Assembly: GCA_016748015.1 (NCBI GenBank)
Contig: JAAOMT010000241.1
Location: 1-40,921, forward strand
Direction: 5' to 3'
Length of the DNA stretch: 40,921 nt
From: Geosiphon pyriformis uo1
Taxonomy: Eukaryota; Fungi; Glomeromycota
Shown one piece after another: positions 13,191 to 26,099 of the stretch (positions within the stretch are counted from its first letter, which is position 1; every line of letters begins with the position of its first letter). Under the pieces are notes generated by a model. The model was not told the origin of the DNA and did not search any database. It was given only the letters and a program-made list of their open reading frames with translations. A program made the translations under genes and the position numbers.

Positions 13191-14977
13191 TTGCAACAAA
13201 ATGTTTTAGGTTTTAAGGTATTTCGAACTTGAAGGTTTTAATTTCTTTCGGTTTCGATTTCAATTTGACATAGTTACAAATAGGGGTTAAGAGGAAATAG
13301 CTATTAGTAAACTATTTTAATAACACTGTATCTATAATAATAAATTAAAAAGCTTGTATTTAAAATTGTTTTTATTATTGTCTAAAGGCTTTATTTCCTG
13401 TTTTAAACTGATATTTTATTATTCTGAAAATATATCAGGTTTTTCTTTGCTATGTTCTAGAAGTTTTATAATAATAAAATTAAAATATATAATTTCAATT
13501 AATTATTGAAATATTAAAGCCATCTCCAATTTGGTTTATTCAAATAACATTTTCATTTTTAAAAATATCATGAAATAATTACTGTAAAAAATTTAGCATA
13601 AATATTATATTTAATTTAACCGAATTTTTATTTTTTTAATTTTGTATAAAAATCAATTTAACAAAAAATTAAATATTATCAAAATAAATTTGAACATACA
13701 TTCAGAATTTGTTAAATTTATAAAAAATATAGTTGTTATATTATAAACTAAAATAATATATTAATAAGTCGTAAAAGCCAAAAAAATAAATTGATACTAA
13801 AATGTTAATATTTAATTTAACCAAAAAAATTGTTAAGGCATAAAACCAGATAAGGCAGGGTTAGAAAGTAAATAAATAAATAACAAAACAAGACTCATCT
13901 AGTTGTTTATTCTCATAACTGGTTAAAAGACCGGAAACAGATCCAGCCCTTCTTTTCATGCCTGAATCTTCTCCACATCTATTACTAACTCAATTTGTAA
14001 GTTGACTAGAATATTCTAGAATGCTCTGAGAAATTTCGTGATGTTCCACATGTTTGTAACAGAAATTCACATTAAAATGTTCATTTTAATCTAACAAAAA
14101 GAAGAAATAAATTTGTAAATATTACACAATTAATATGATATTAAATTTCAAATAAAAATTTGCAGTTTTAAAGATGTTAGTAATTTATTAATATATCAAA
14201 TTAATAAACAAATTAATAATTATTTTAAAAATTAATGCCAAAATAAAAAATATAACATAATTAATAAATAATTTAACTATATTAAATAAATAAATATTCA
14301 AAATGGTTATAATAAATAAATAAAAATTTTTTGGCTTATTTCAAGCTTAGCTTAAAAAATAGATCTTGTCATAAATTTAATAAATCGAAAATCTAAATAA
14401 TAGATATTGATTTTTGATAAAAACTTTATTTAATTTACAATAATGTATACATGTTTTTAATAAACAAAATTAATGGTTTAAAAAGAAATTTAAAAAGAAA
14501 AGTAAATTGATTATTATTGTTTTTTACCATATCATATTAGAATGATTCTTTCTTTCCGAATATTATTAGGATTGTCAAGGTGCAGCAGGTAATCACAAAA
14601 TGAAAATATAAAATTTTGGCCAGGCCTCAGAATCAAACTTAGTAAGAGAATTCTGGCTAGTCTATCAGGTTTAGTATATTTTCATAGATAATATGCACTC
14701 TGCATCTAGCTTCTAACAAATAAATATTTTAAAGTTAATTGAGACTACTCTTTTGAGTTGCCAAAAAAACTCCCAATTAAAACCGTTTTATGTTGAGAAT
14801 ATTTATCTAATTCTCTACACTACAGAGTTTTTGCCACTTTTTTTTAATGTCATCATTTCAGTACCGATGCTATATCGTATAAACGTTTCTATATGCCCTT
14901 TAGATTTGAGACTTCTAAAATAACTATATAAATTATCCAACTTTTTGCATAAATAAATTTTGAGGTATTAATTGAAT

Positions 14978-15008
<31 letters not shown>

Positions 15009-15020
15009 TATTTATTTAAC

Positions 15021-15554
15021 GAGTGAAGTCCAATCACTATCTGCTACAATACAACAAGACATCAGTTCTAAAGTAAATGTGGCTCATGCACTTTCTACAC
15101 GTTACCAGCCATTCAGCCGACCAAGGCTACACTATACATCTAACGTGACTGAAACATGTCTGGCTAAACCTGAAAAATATATTTATTTAATTAATTTTTA
15201 AAATAATTCAATGTATTCGCTATTTGAATATTAAAAAAAATTTTGAAACTTAATTTCAAATTAAATAGTAATGCTCATTATATAATTTGTTATTAGTTTT
15301 GCAAAAATTATATAGCCAAAAAATTTGAGGGTTATTTATTTTAAAGTTCTAATTGTTTAATAATTTCTAAATATTATTACAAAATAAAAAAAGTAAAATT
15401 GTCTTTTTATAATTAAGCGCTGTTTAAATCTTTTGAAAATATGATTATTAACAAGAAAGTAATGAATCAATGATAAAAATAAATCGGGTGCTGGTCACGT
15501 GTAGAAAGTGCATGAGCCGTGTTTAACACAGAACATGCGTAATTGGACACACTC
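15021..15554. mobile_element. MITE-like / foldback element with terminal inverted repeats
   Basis: 15081-15109 vs 15490-15518 is a 28/29 inverted match. GAGTGAAGTCCAAT (15021) pairs with ATTGGACACACTC (15542-15554). AT-rich non-coding interior; no clear TSD. Confidence 0.55.
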
Positions 15555-17744
15555 TGGATTAGCATAAAAATTTCTTTAATTGATTTCAGAATAAATACCA
15601 AAATATTTAATTGTTCATGAAAATTTAATAATTTCAGAAAAGCCATTGTTTATATGTTACAGAAAAAAATAATAAGGTAATAAATAATCAGAACCAAAAA
15701 ATTGGCAATAAATATATTTCAATAGTAAAAATCTCATATTTTTATTACAATTTCAAAATTATTGAAACAGCTTTATTAAATTTTAAAAAATCAATGAATT
15801 TAGTAAAAAAATTTATTTTAATTATTTTGTTATCGAATAAGTATATATTATGAAATAAAAAAACTTGTTATACATTTTTATAAAAAAAGTTAATGATTAA
15901 ATTAGCAATTAAATGAACAATGAAATTAATAATGAAGTCAATATTGAATTAATATTCAAGTTAGCAATTTATTTAAATTTGGAAAAATTATTATCTAAAT
16001 ATATTTAATTAGATTTATGTAACGTTTATTTATTATTTTTGTGTTTTATTTTTAATTTGTTAATTTTGATAATCAGCTTTAATAAATAATAATTGCAATT
16101 GTATAATTATTAATATATCAATTATTTTTAATTAATTGCTACCCGAACAACTAACAAAAAAACCAATTATTAATTTGAATATTGATTTTTATTTTATTTA
16201 TTTATTTATTTTATTCAATTTATAATACTCTTAACATTATGTATGTGTGTAAAATTTCTACAAAATATGCTATCTATTTCAATTTGTTGAGTATTTACAC
16301 TCTCGAGTAAGAATATTTCGCAAACGTATATTACCTATTTGTTTATTGCTGCATTTGATGCTGACGGATAGGTGGGATGAGAACTTAATCTTTGTTTCTT
16401 TATTTGGAGGGTTTATTTATCTAATACCCACCCATTTCTAATGAAGTTAAACTGGCTACGTGTTAATCGATAACAATCTTGATGGTGATTTTATTAATAA
16501 TAATGACGAAATATAAGCCAAAGAAAATGCAATCTAGTAGTAAAATGAAGCAAAGCACTGCAAAACACAGATTTGTGTTTCTGCATGAAAGAATCTTTAG
16601 ATTCTTGTGATAAAGGAATTAAGAGTCCCTTTCTGTTTCAAATTTCTCCCTTCCAATGGGTTTTTAAATCCAAAGTCTCACAAAATTAAAAAAGGTACAG
16701 CGAAATGGGAAAAATTTTAAAGTTCAAAAAAGAATTTTGACGCGATCTCTGTAAAATTCATGTAAAGAAATATTTCTTTCCTAATACAGTAGTACTAAAA
16801 TTAAATGAGCATAAACAACTCAATAAGGTATAATCAGCGACAGTTGATTATTATTTATAACAAAAAGGTTAGTGAGAGATGAGATGTATAAGATGCCAAA
16901 ATTACTCATAAATAGTCTTTATAAACTTTTCATTTAACTTATATTTAGGAAATGAAACCTAATCACTTAAAAAATGGCTGAACTCAGACTTGTTGGCAAC
17001 TATTTTGGAATCACGATTAAAAAGTTTAATTTATTTACCAATTGATTTTAGGAAAATGTCATGTGATACATGTAGATTATGAAAAGAATATACTGAATTT
17101 AAAATAAGATTCGAACATTACCATTACCATCAAAGATCAAAAAACACTTACTTCTACTAATCAGTAAGTATTGTTCAAAGAATTGAAAAATTCAAGGTTT
17201 AAGGCTATTTTTCGATTAGCTCAAAGAGCCTCAAATTGAATATGATGATGAACTTGACAGACGTTTCTAATATTAGCTATTTTAATTAGAGTTCCTACTA
17301 TAGTTGACAAATTATTATTTATAAACGTAATGATGAATATGTAAAAAAATTAAAGTTAATTTAAAAGAATTCAAAAGTTATACTTTCATTTCTCAAAAAC
17401 TTTTTTTAACAAATGATAATATATAATTATAATTATCTTGAGAACGTCACTTTCTTTAAAAATTGCCAAAAGTTGTCCATTAGAGACTTTATTTATGATC
17501 AATATATTATGAATCATTATAGAATTTGAAAAATTGATTGAAATTAATTGTGAAACTTGTTATTCAAGATGAATATTGTTTTGATATCATATCGCACAAA
17601 GACTTTCTTTTAAAAGATGAAATTTTTTTCCATTTTCGTGACAAAAGATTTGTTATTATGATCATAATTTTTATCAAGTAGCCGCCACATTTTCACATCC
17701 ATTGACAGAAAGGTTTATAGCTATCAAATTTTGAACTCCAAGTG

Positions 17745-19168
17745 TCATTGACAATAATTCATAACTACACCCATATATGGACCAGAATGTATGAAATCTC
17801 GTGGGACATCATCAATCGATTGACCAGCGTTGCATTCCTTTATTTAAATATGCGAATAATTATTGATTAAAATTTAATTGAACTAATGATTTTCAATTGA
17901 TGCTACCCACCATATTCTCTCCAGACATCCCACCATGTGGGAATAATGTTCCATCTAAATTCTTATTTGCTTTCCATGCTCTAGATTCATAATGAAATCC
18001 TTGACACTCCCATATCCTTGCCTCTTCAAAACAGTCACATCTTGTCGAAGTAATCCAAAATTCCAATTCATGGTGTCCTAGAAAATATCTTCCAGTCTCA
18101 CGCTTAGGAAAATGTGGAACGTGATCATTGCTATGAGTCACACGGTTAACTTCTAGCCATTTATTAACTAATTGGGCGAAAACAACATTTCCAATTCGAG
18201 GAGCACCGAATGTTACCACTTTTACTACAGGATCAGAAAATCTAAACCTATTTCCAGGGCTTTTTTGATTCTTTAAATAGGTCTCAATCTTCCATGTAAG
18301 GGCGGCAATAGTTGCGTATGCTATGGAACATATACTCTGTTTTTAAAACTTGAATTTTTAAAAATAGAAATAAAAATAAAAGATTTAAACATACCACCAC
18401 CTACACCCCATCCTGTAAAGTAAAATTTTAAATTTTCAGTTGATTTCATTTTTTGGAGAGAATTCTTATGAGCCGCAAAAAAAACTTTTTTTATGGAAAG
18501 GAAATTTTTTTGCCATTCTTCATCCACAAGAACCAATTTATCGGGTATTAGATTGTCTATTTCGAAAGCTATGAAATTTGGTCGTCGATTTTCCCATTCA
18601 TATTTCGTCAATTCTGGCCCTAGAAGGAATTTAAAAAAATTTTTGTTAAGCTAAATCTTTGGAATAAATTATTTATAATAGTATTTTGACGAATTGATTT
18701 ACCAGCGAAAGCAAAAATTATAGATGATGAATCTTTCTGTCTGATAGCAACTAAGTAGAATTGATCATGTTAACTCTAAAGTGAATATCTCTTCTTTTTC
18801 TATTTCTTTTAACAATAATATACCTCACCTGTAATTCGACGGCCATTCAATGGAGGGGTCTTTGGACAAAAAGCCATATTGGATGAAATAGCCATCATTA
18901 AACTTTCTTGAATAAATTCATCAAAATAGGTGGAATTCACTGGTTTTTTGTTCGGATTCTGAAGTGAACGTGAATTTATAGTATTTTCCCGGCTAGTCCA
19001 ATTATAATTATCCGAATTTAAATTCATTCTTTGAAATGAACTTTGATTTGTTAATTTTGACGACAAAACCTTGATCTGCTGATATCTCGGATCGGACAAA
19101 AGTGAATTTGCAAATGTTGAAGAATATAAGACATTAAATGTCCAAAAAATAATTACAAGTGTCCACAT
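17745..19168 (-). CDS. Secreted class 3 lipase-like protein (alpha/beta hydrolase), 371 aa, catalytic Ser replaced by Gly
   Basis: Exons 19168-18829, 18750-18703, 18619-18395, 18320-17911 and 17837-17745, all GT-AG, total 1116 nt open. Signal-like N-terminus MWTLVIIFWTFNVLYSSTFA. Motifs TGWGVGGAYATIAAL, VTFGAPRIGN, RVTHSNDHVP, HHELEFWI, IHSGPYMG. Confidence 0.9.
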
Positions 19169-20360
19169 GAGGGACGAAATTTTCGAGTAAATTAATATAA
19201 TATAAGAACGAGAACAAAATGTTGTAGAGCAAATTTTTAAACCACCACAGATATTTTAGATTTTTTGAAAATGCTATATGACAGTTGGAAAAATTCCTGA
19301 TCCACGATCAATTGTATGCGTGGGTAAATTTAAACCTAAAAAAAAACAATCGTCAAAATATTTAAAACGGTGATTATGAACTTCCTAATCTAGGGATATG
19401 GAAAGATTATTGACTTCTAAATATTTATTTTTGAGCCCTTATTAAAGTAGCTACATTTTTTCTAAATACATGTACATCTAATCTGAAAATCGAACACTTT
19501 TGGATGAAAAATTTATTTCTGACTAGTTTTAAAATAAAATTTTCTAGACACATTAGATTTTTAATATTTTCCATGCATATTGTAAAAATAATAGAATATT
19601 TTATTAATTGCAAAAATAATTTAATTTTTTGTTAATTATTATTATTTGAAGAAAAATTTAATTTTTTCTTTTACCTTATTTTAAATTTGTATATTAATAA
19701 AATTAATTTGAAAGTAAATAATTTGTTTCTATAATTTATCAAATAAACAATTTTTGTAAATATATTATTAATTTTAAAAGGAATTAATTAAACATAAAAT
19801 TATAACAGCTTTGTTATTTTTTGCCACTTTGATCACAGGCAAAAAGCTTGATTCAGAAGTAAATATCCGATAATAATTCTACTATTTTAACAACTGAGCT
19901 GTATTTATTAAAAATTTTATTTATATTCTTTATATGGCTCAAATTTGAAATGTATTTGTTTTTACGAATGTTACTATCAAAAGCCTTGTTACTAGAAAAC
20001 AAACAAACAATACCAACATTTTTAGACATTCTTGATAGTTTGTTGCATATATTCAAATGTTTGTTAATATTTGATTTTTTAAACTTTTTTTTTAATTCTA
20101 TTTTTATTATCAAAACAACCTTTTTACGAGTAAAAAGCTCTACATTTTTTGTTTAAACAGTATGCAAATAAATTGGGTAAAAGTGCATAAAAAAACAATT
20201 AATTTTCAAAATTTAATTATTTATAGACCAAATATGTTTTAATCTTATTTTTTAATAATTTGTGTCAACAAAATTTTCATAATTAAAAATGTTATAATTA
20301 GTAAATTAGTAGCTTTATCTATTGAATCAAAAATTGTATATACATATTTTATAAAATTCC

Positions 20361-20519
20361 TGGGCTGTTTATTGGTATCATATGGGAGCTCAGGCTGATG
20401 ATGAATGTGGTCAATATAATTTTGCCTATTGTTACAGTCGAGGAATTGGGATTGAGCAAGATAAAGAAATAGCTCATTACTGGTATCTGAAATCTTTTTG
20501 TCACAAAATAGCCGCATAA
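20361..20519 (+). pseudogene. Sel1-like repeat fragment
   Basis: WAVYWYHMGAQADDECGQYNFAYCYSRGIGIEQDKEIAHYWYLKS is a canonical Sel1 repeat; neighbouring repeats are decayed. Confidence 0.85.
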
Positions 20520-22241
20520 TTGGGCATAAACTAATATTATGATTAAAATATATAGTTAAACTACAGCTGTTAAATAAATTTCAATTTTTGTGTTAAAATG
20601 AATGATTAAAATTTTTTAATAATGTCCAATTAGAAGAATATTCATTGGTTTATTCGCTTCGGTTCCAGTTTTTAAAATCTTCATAGCAGTTTTTATTCTT
20701 CCATTCAACAAATTTAAAACAGTCTTCTGGCCCTAATTATTAACAAAATATCAGAAACTAACGACGAAAAAAACTTTTTGAGAGTGAAAATAAAATCTTT
20801 TGGTTGTATTTAGTTAAAAATGTCCACAATTATCTTAGAGACTTTGCCCTAAAAGTTCCAATAAATTATTGCAAATGAATCACATTGTAGACTCTATCTA
20901 ATCAAATTATTTTATATGTCAAATCAATAAACAATTTGAAAAAAGTTCCAAAGACAAATTTTTTACTTAAAATTTAACATACTGATAAAGCCTCTCCCAA
21001 TTATATCATCATTTTCTCTATTACAATAGAAGTTATTTGCCATATATGTTATGCTTTTGAAAAGTTCAAGAATCCTATAATCTTTTATCAGCATTTTAGG
21101 TAGTATAACTTTTCTTTGCTTTTCAAATCCACCACTACTTATTGAGAGTAGTTCTTATTGACTATTATGTTAAAAGATCTTCTCTCTGCGATTAAAGTTT
21201 AATTTTAGTTGGAAAAAGCTTCATAAAATTTAGTTGATTCGTTTTTTTTTGATAGTAGAAAAAACTTTTCAGTCAATAAGTTTTTCTTGTGACTTTTGAA
21301 AATGAAAAGCAAATCATTAGAAGAGAAAAGAATATTAATATATTTTGTAGCATAATTTTTTCAAAAATCCCAAGTCTTTGTTGAAAAGAAATTCGAAAAA
21401 TTTTAATGAAACCAGTACAGTATTGACTATTTATAAAAGACTTGAAATACTAATTGGTTATCTTCGAAATAATCCTTTTATTTAAAAAAAAACGGGTATA
21501 AAAAACTTGGTGAAATACAAATGATATCAAGTCACTCACTTTGTATTTATATATTTATTTATCTAATCTTATCTAATATTTGTAATAAACAATTTTAAAA
21601 TTATTCCGATAATTGATAAAAACCCTTAGAAAATAAAAAATACTTAATGATTTCAAAGAAATTAAAATATCTTTCTAGCAGTATGAAATATTATCTATAA
21701 TTATAGTTACTTTATTTTAGAAATACTTTACAATTCTTAGGGTAAAAGATTTTCACAATGTTAAATAGTAATAATAAGCTATTAAAACTTCTAAGTTTAT
21801 AGAAATTTCATTTACTAATACCCATCAAGAAAATACTTATATGTTGTTAAGAAATTACCATTAAAACAAACAGTTAAAGATGATCTCACTTTTTTTCTTA
21901 TTATGAGAAAAAGCAAAATTTAGTAAATATTTTAGCCTATATTATTTAGCCTGAAATCAGTATAAAGCTTCGAGACTTTTAAATTTTTGAAATTTTTAAG
22001 TATTTGAGAAATAAGTATATCAAGAGAATAGATGCAAAAATTGGCTATTATATTTTTTGTAATAATTGCAAAATTTTAGACTTTTATCTTAGAAATCTTA
22101 ATATAAAATATACTTCGTCTTATAAAATAAATTTCCAATACAAAATCCACTATACTGCTTAAAATACAACTTTTTCCACAAGCTTTAATAGCAGAAGCCC
22201 AATATTTAATGAAAACCTTAGAATACCCTAATTGATGAATA

Positions 22242-22750
22242 ATTGATAGATGGAGTATAAAACATCATGGTTCAATGGAATATGAAAGAGGAGGAATAGA
22301 GGAAGTAGCAATAAAAATTACAAAGAACAGTGAAGAAGTATTTAAGAGTTAACCAAAGTATTATTATTATTATTATTATTTATTATTGATTCATTATTAT
22401 TAATTATTACTATTTATTATCGTTTATTATATTATCTATTTACTAATTTATTATTTTTTACACTGTATTGATAGTTAAATATTTAAAGAGCTACAGAAAT
22501 GGATAGAAACCCTCAACACAAAAAACAAAGCTTCCCTGTTCAAATAAATCCACAGATTTTACAACAGCCAGGAGCAAATATATTAATGCCAATGCAGCCT
22601 CAGAAAGCTTCACAACAGTTAATATTCTAAAAAAATGCTTCTTTTGCAGAATTGCAATAAAAGTCTCACTTTTTGACACCATAACAGCCATACATGAATT
22701 GAAACCCAAATGTCTATTAATAAAAGAAAATAATTAACAATCCTCAAATC
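22242..22750 (+). pseudogene. Protein kinase remnant (subdomain II plus possible C-terminal tail); probably the 3' part of a Sel1-kinase pseudogene spanning ~19850-22850
   Basis: RWSIKHHGSMEYERGGIEEVAIKITKNSEEVFK, then an intron-like GTA..(ATT)n..TAG segment; no catalytic loop found. Confidence 0.5.
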
Positions 22751-23411
22751 ACAAATTAAAAATCACCTAACTTTAAAAAGACTTCTGAAGCCAGTTCTTG
22801 ATGAGAATATCCCAAATGATGTAAAATCACCACAAGAATCAAGAAATCAAAGAGAGTCTTCTGAAAACTCGATCCCTTATAATATGCTTGATTCGAGCGA
22901 ACGCGTGTTTCCTCAGCTGTTGGCAAAATTTCGATTGTTTATTGGTATAAAATGTGTAATTTAAAAAATATTAATTATCATTGATAGTTTTTAAATGCCG
23001 TCAAGTCCGAGCGTCGTTATTATTTACTACATTAGTAAATTTTATTTTTTTGGAAACCCGAAAATGCTTATAGACATTTTGCTCATACTATATTTTAAAT
23101 TAAAATTGGTAAAATAAAAAATCAACTAGCTTTGTTTCTTAACCATATAGTATATGTAAAATGGATAAAGGTTAGATTGTGTAACTTTAAAATAAAATTA
23201 TAATTTATTAAGATTAGGTGACATACAGTTATTGTATGTATTTTATTTTTGGAAAGTGGACAAATATAAATTTATTTACTTTTTTGATTTACATTTGTCA
23301 TTTTTACAAATCATTCTTTATATAAATTTATATTGGAAGGAAAGAAATATTTTGAATTCAAAATAATTTTTATATCTCTTTAAACAATAAAAAAAGTTAT
23401 AAAACGCCCAA

Positions 23412-25365
23412 CTTTAATTTTAGTGAACAAGCAGTAGGTCTGGACAATTTTCAAATAAAAGAAAAAAACAAAACTTTACTAAAGAGCTATCATATTATTT
23501 TGAGTCGAAAATAAAATTTTCCCAATAAATTTTATTGCCAAAATTTACAAGATTGAATTAATTGAGGAAACATTTCTTTATTTTTGGATAATTAAAGAAA
23601 TGCCTAAAATATTATTTTGAAATATCCAAAAAAAATCCGGACATTTTTAAAGTATAAAAATGCTAATAAAATTTCTGCTTCCAAATATTGGTTGGGACAA
23701 TCTTTTAAATTTTGAACTTTTTTATTACAGTTTAAATTCCTGGCTTTATATAAATTTAGAATTTTATATAGTTTTGATTTTAAGATTATTTACTTTTCAA
23801 ATAATGAAAACTATAAATAAGATTTAAATTTATACTACTTTTATCAAAACTTGAAGAACTTATTGAATAGATTGAGCAAATTAAAAATAAAGCTATTTGC
23901 TATTTATAAAATGCCTTTAGAATTATATATTGATTTCTATATTTTTTAATTTTAAGAGGTTTAATTATCATTTTTTATTTAGTTTCTGTTGCAAAATGTC
24001 AAAATTGATTGTTTTAATTTTAATTAAAAAAAGAAGAAAGTTTTTCAATGATTAAATAAAATAAGGAGGCAGAATTGGTATTCCGAGTTTATTAGAAAAT
24101 GCTTCTATTTTACGAAATAATATTTAGTAGAAATTATTTTATTAAAGAGTTATTACCTTGAAGCTGATATTATATTTTGAATAACACTTTTAAGTTTTTT
24201 TAAATTTTTTAAATATTTCTTATCAAATATTTATTAAACTCTATTTATTTATTTTACTGCCTATTAAAAAAACAACACATCATACAAAAATATGATTTTT
24301 AATTAGCGAGGAAAACACAATTATGCATTTAAATGTTATTTTTTTAATGCTATTCAGCTAAAGAGCTTTTTGTGCTTTTAGCCTGTGAGAAAAACCTTAA
24401 CTTTAAAGATTATTCTTATTAAAATAACTTTGAGTTTTTTCGTATGTTTAAAATATATAAAATATAATTCTTTTAATTTTATTGTGTGGCTTAAGATGGC
24501 TATAGAATAATTCTGATAGGGAAAATTTCCAAGATAGAGAGCACAACCTTCATAAAATGTATAATTTCTTCAATAAATTGAATTTGTCATTTTATTATTT
24601 GAAAAACTTCATGCTCCTCGACAAAAAAATTCACCGATTAATTTTCTGATCCAGGTATTATTACATGCTCATAATCTATTAACTTTTGACAATAACACCC
24701 TGGGCTACTTTTAAAGTCATTGCTAATCAGCCAAATATCACTATCTCCAAAACAGGATCCACAAGTTAGACTACTATAAGGTCCACATCTGCCGACTAAT
24801 TGCTAAGTTTAGCAGTTTCAACTTTGACATCTCCAAGGGAAAAAATAAAATTTCCTCCCTCTAAGGCATTCCAAGAAGGCCACGATTGTTGGTTATAGCC
24901 GCCTATTAGCTGACTAGTTCCTTTCATTTTGAATACGCTAACTGTTGCTCCTTTATCATCGCATAATCGATGAAAATCGAGTGGAGTAAATCCGTCTCGA
25001 CTGCCTCGAAGTAACAGCTTAAGATTATTTGCAAGTTGATGTTCAAAAGGAGTATTTTCGTCTTTGCCTTCAATCCAATAATCAAGTTGCCTTATATTAT
25101 GCCATTAAAGAAGCTCTGAATCAACAATTGATCGTAATTGCTGAGCGTCTACAGACTTTTGATGACTACCTGGTGCGAGATAATAATGTAATAGATCTTA
25201 ATATAAAGTTCCAAGTAAGATTCTCACAAATGGGTTTACTTTGTAATAGAAGCCAACAGGAGATATGTTAAAGAAGCGGATTAAAGATAGAAGTCTTTCA
25301 ATAGATTTCTTAAAGGTGTTAAAGTTTTCTTCTGTCCAGTAAAGAACTTTTTTCATCTGAATATT
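23412..25365 (-). repeat. Inverted duplicate of 29203-30914 (3' half of BTB-TLD gene plus ~0.9 kb downstream flank)
   Basis: Collinear reverse-complement matches, e.g. 24481-24565 vs ~30007-30093 and 23412-23722 vs 30591-30914. The segments ~23725-24110 and ~30445-30590 do not align. Confidence 0.9.
24592..25365 (-). pseudogene. 5'-truncated BACK-TLDc pseudogene copy
   Basis: WTEENFNTFKKSIERLLSLIRFFNIS..LLLRGSRDGFTPLDFHRLCDDKGATVSVFKMKG with stops and frameshifts. Confidence 0.9.
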
Positions 25366-25405
25366 TGACTTGTAACTCTGGTTTCAAAGCTCAACGACTT
25401 GAACA

Positions 25406-26099
25406 TCGGCTTCTTGGTTTGGTGGGTAAGTGAGAGAGAGAGGCAACTACTAGTTTGGTTTAAAAGTTCTAAGTTGGTTTATATATTGTTAACTGGCATC
25501 GAGAAAAGAGCGATAGCTCGGTGGAAAGTGATAGCGGTGAAGCAAAAGGCGACAATAAATAACAAGGAGTTGATCGCGTTAAAAAAAAATAGGTTGTTTA
25601 TTTTGATACACTAGGGTAATGGATTGAGTCATATGATTTCAAATCCTATAATTGGCTGAATCAAATCATGACGACTTCACCCGTTATTTAAATTTGAGAT
25701 GTTAATTTAGTATTTTATTAAGAATACTCTTGGAATATTTTGATTTGATTAACATTTCAAATTTAAATGACGGGTGAAGTCGTCATGATTTGATTCAGCC
25801 AATTATAGGATTTGAAATCATATGACTCAATCCACTAAACGCGATTCTATCGTTCTTTTCTTCAATGCCAGTTAAACAATATATAAACTAGCTTGGAAAT
25901 TTTAAACTAAACTAGAAGCTACCTCTCTCTCTCACTTACACCTCTCTCTCACTTGCACCTCTCTCTCACTTACACCTCTCTCTCTCACTTACACCTCTCT
26001 CTCACTTACACCTCTCTTTCACTTACCCTTCTCTCTCATTTACCCTTCTCTTTCACTTACCCCTCTCTCTCATTTACCCACCAAACTAAGAAGTCGATG
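25406..26099. promoter_or_regulatory. Putative symmetric bidirectional Pol II promoter
   Basis: Each arm, reading outward, has CCAAT (25651-25655 / 25799-25803), TGACTCA (25625-25631 / 25823-25829), TATATAAA (25478-25485 / 25880-25887), a CT-rich tract and ATG-TTC-AAG-TCG-TTG-AGC (25406 / 26097). Confidence 0.45.
25922..26078 (+). repeat. Minisatellite, 9 copies of 17-19 bp CCTCTCTCTCACTTAC(A/C)
   Basis: Units counted directly; only one copy in the opposite palindrome arm (~25424-25443). Confidence 0.95.

Noticed and set aside
13890-14070. GC-richer island with partial - strand frame (..MKRRAGSVSGLL..); similar islands at 10.3-10.6, 14.6, 16.4-16.7 and 39.7-39.95 kb
   Set aside because: Likely gene relics, but no family could be recognised
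20245-20517. 90-aa - strand ORF
   Set aside because: Antisense to the Sel1 repeat on +
25029-25271. 80-aa ORF with a near-identical twin at 29299-29541
   Set aside because: Both are antisense shadows of the BACK/TLD coding region, duplicated along with it; non-ATG starts
25922-26078. CRISPR-like or telomeric array
   Set aside because: No unique spacers, no cas genes, eukaryotic context, and not a TTAGGG-type repeat
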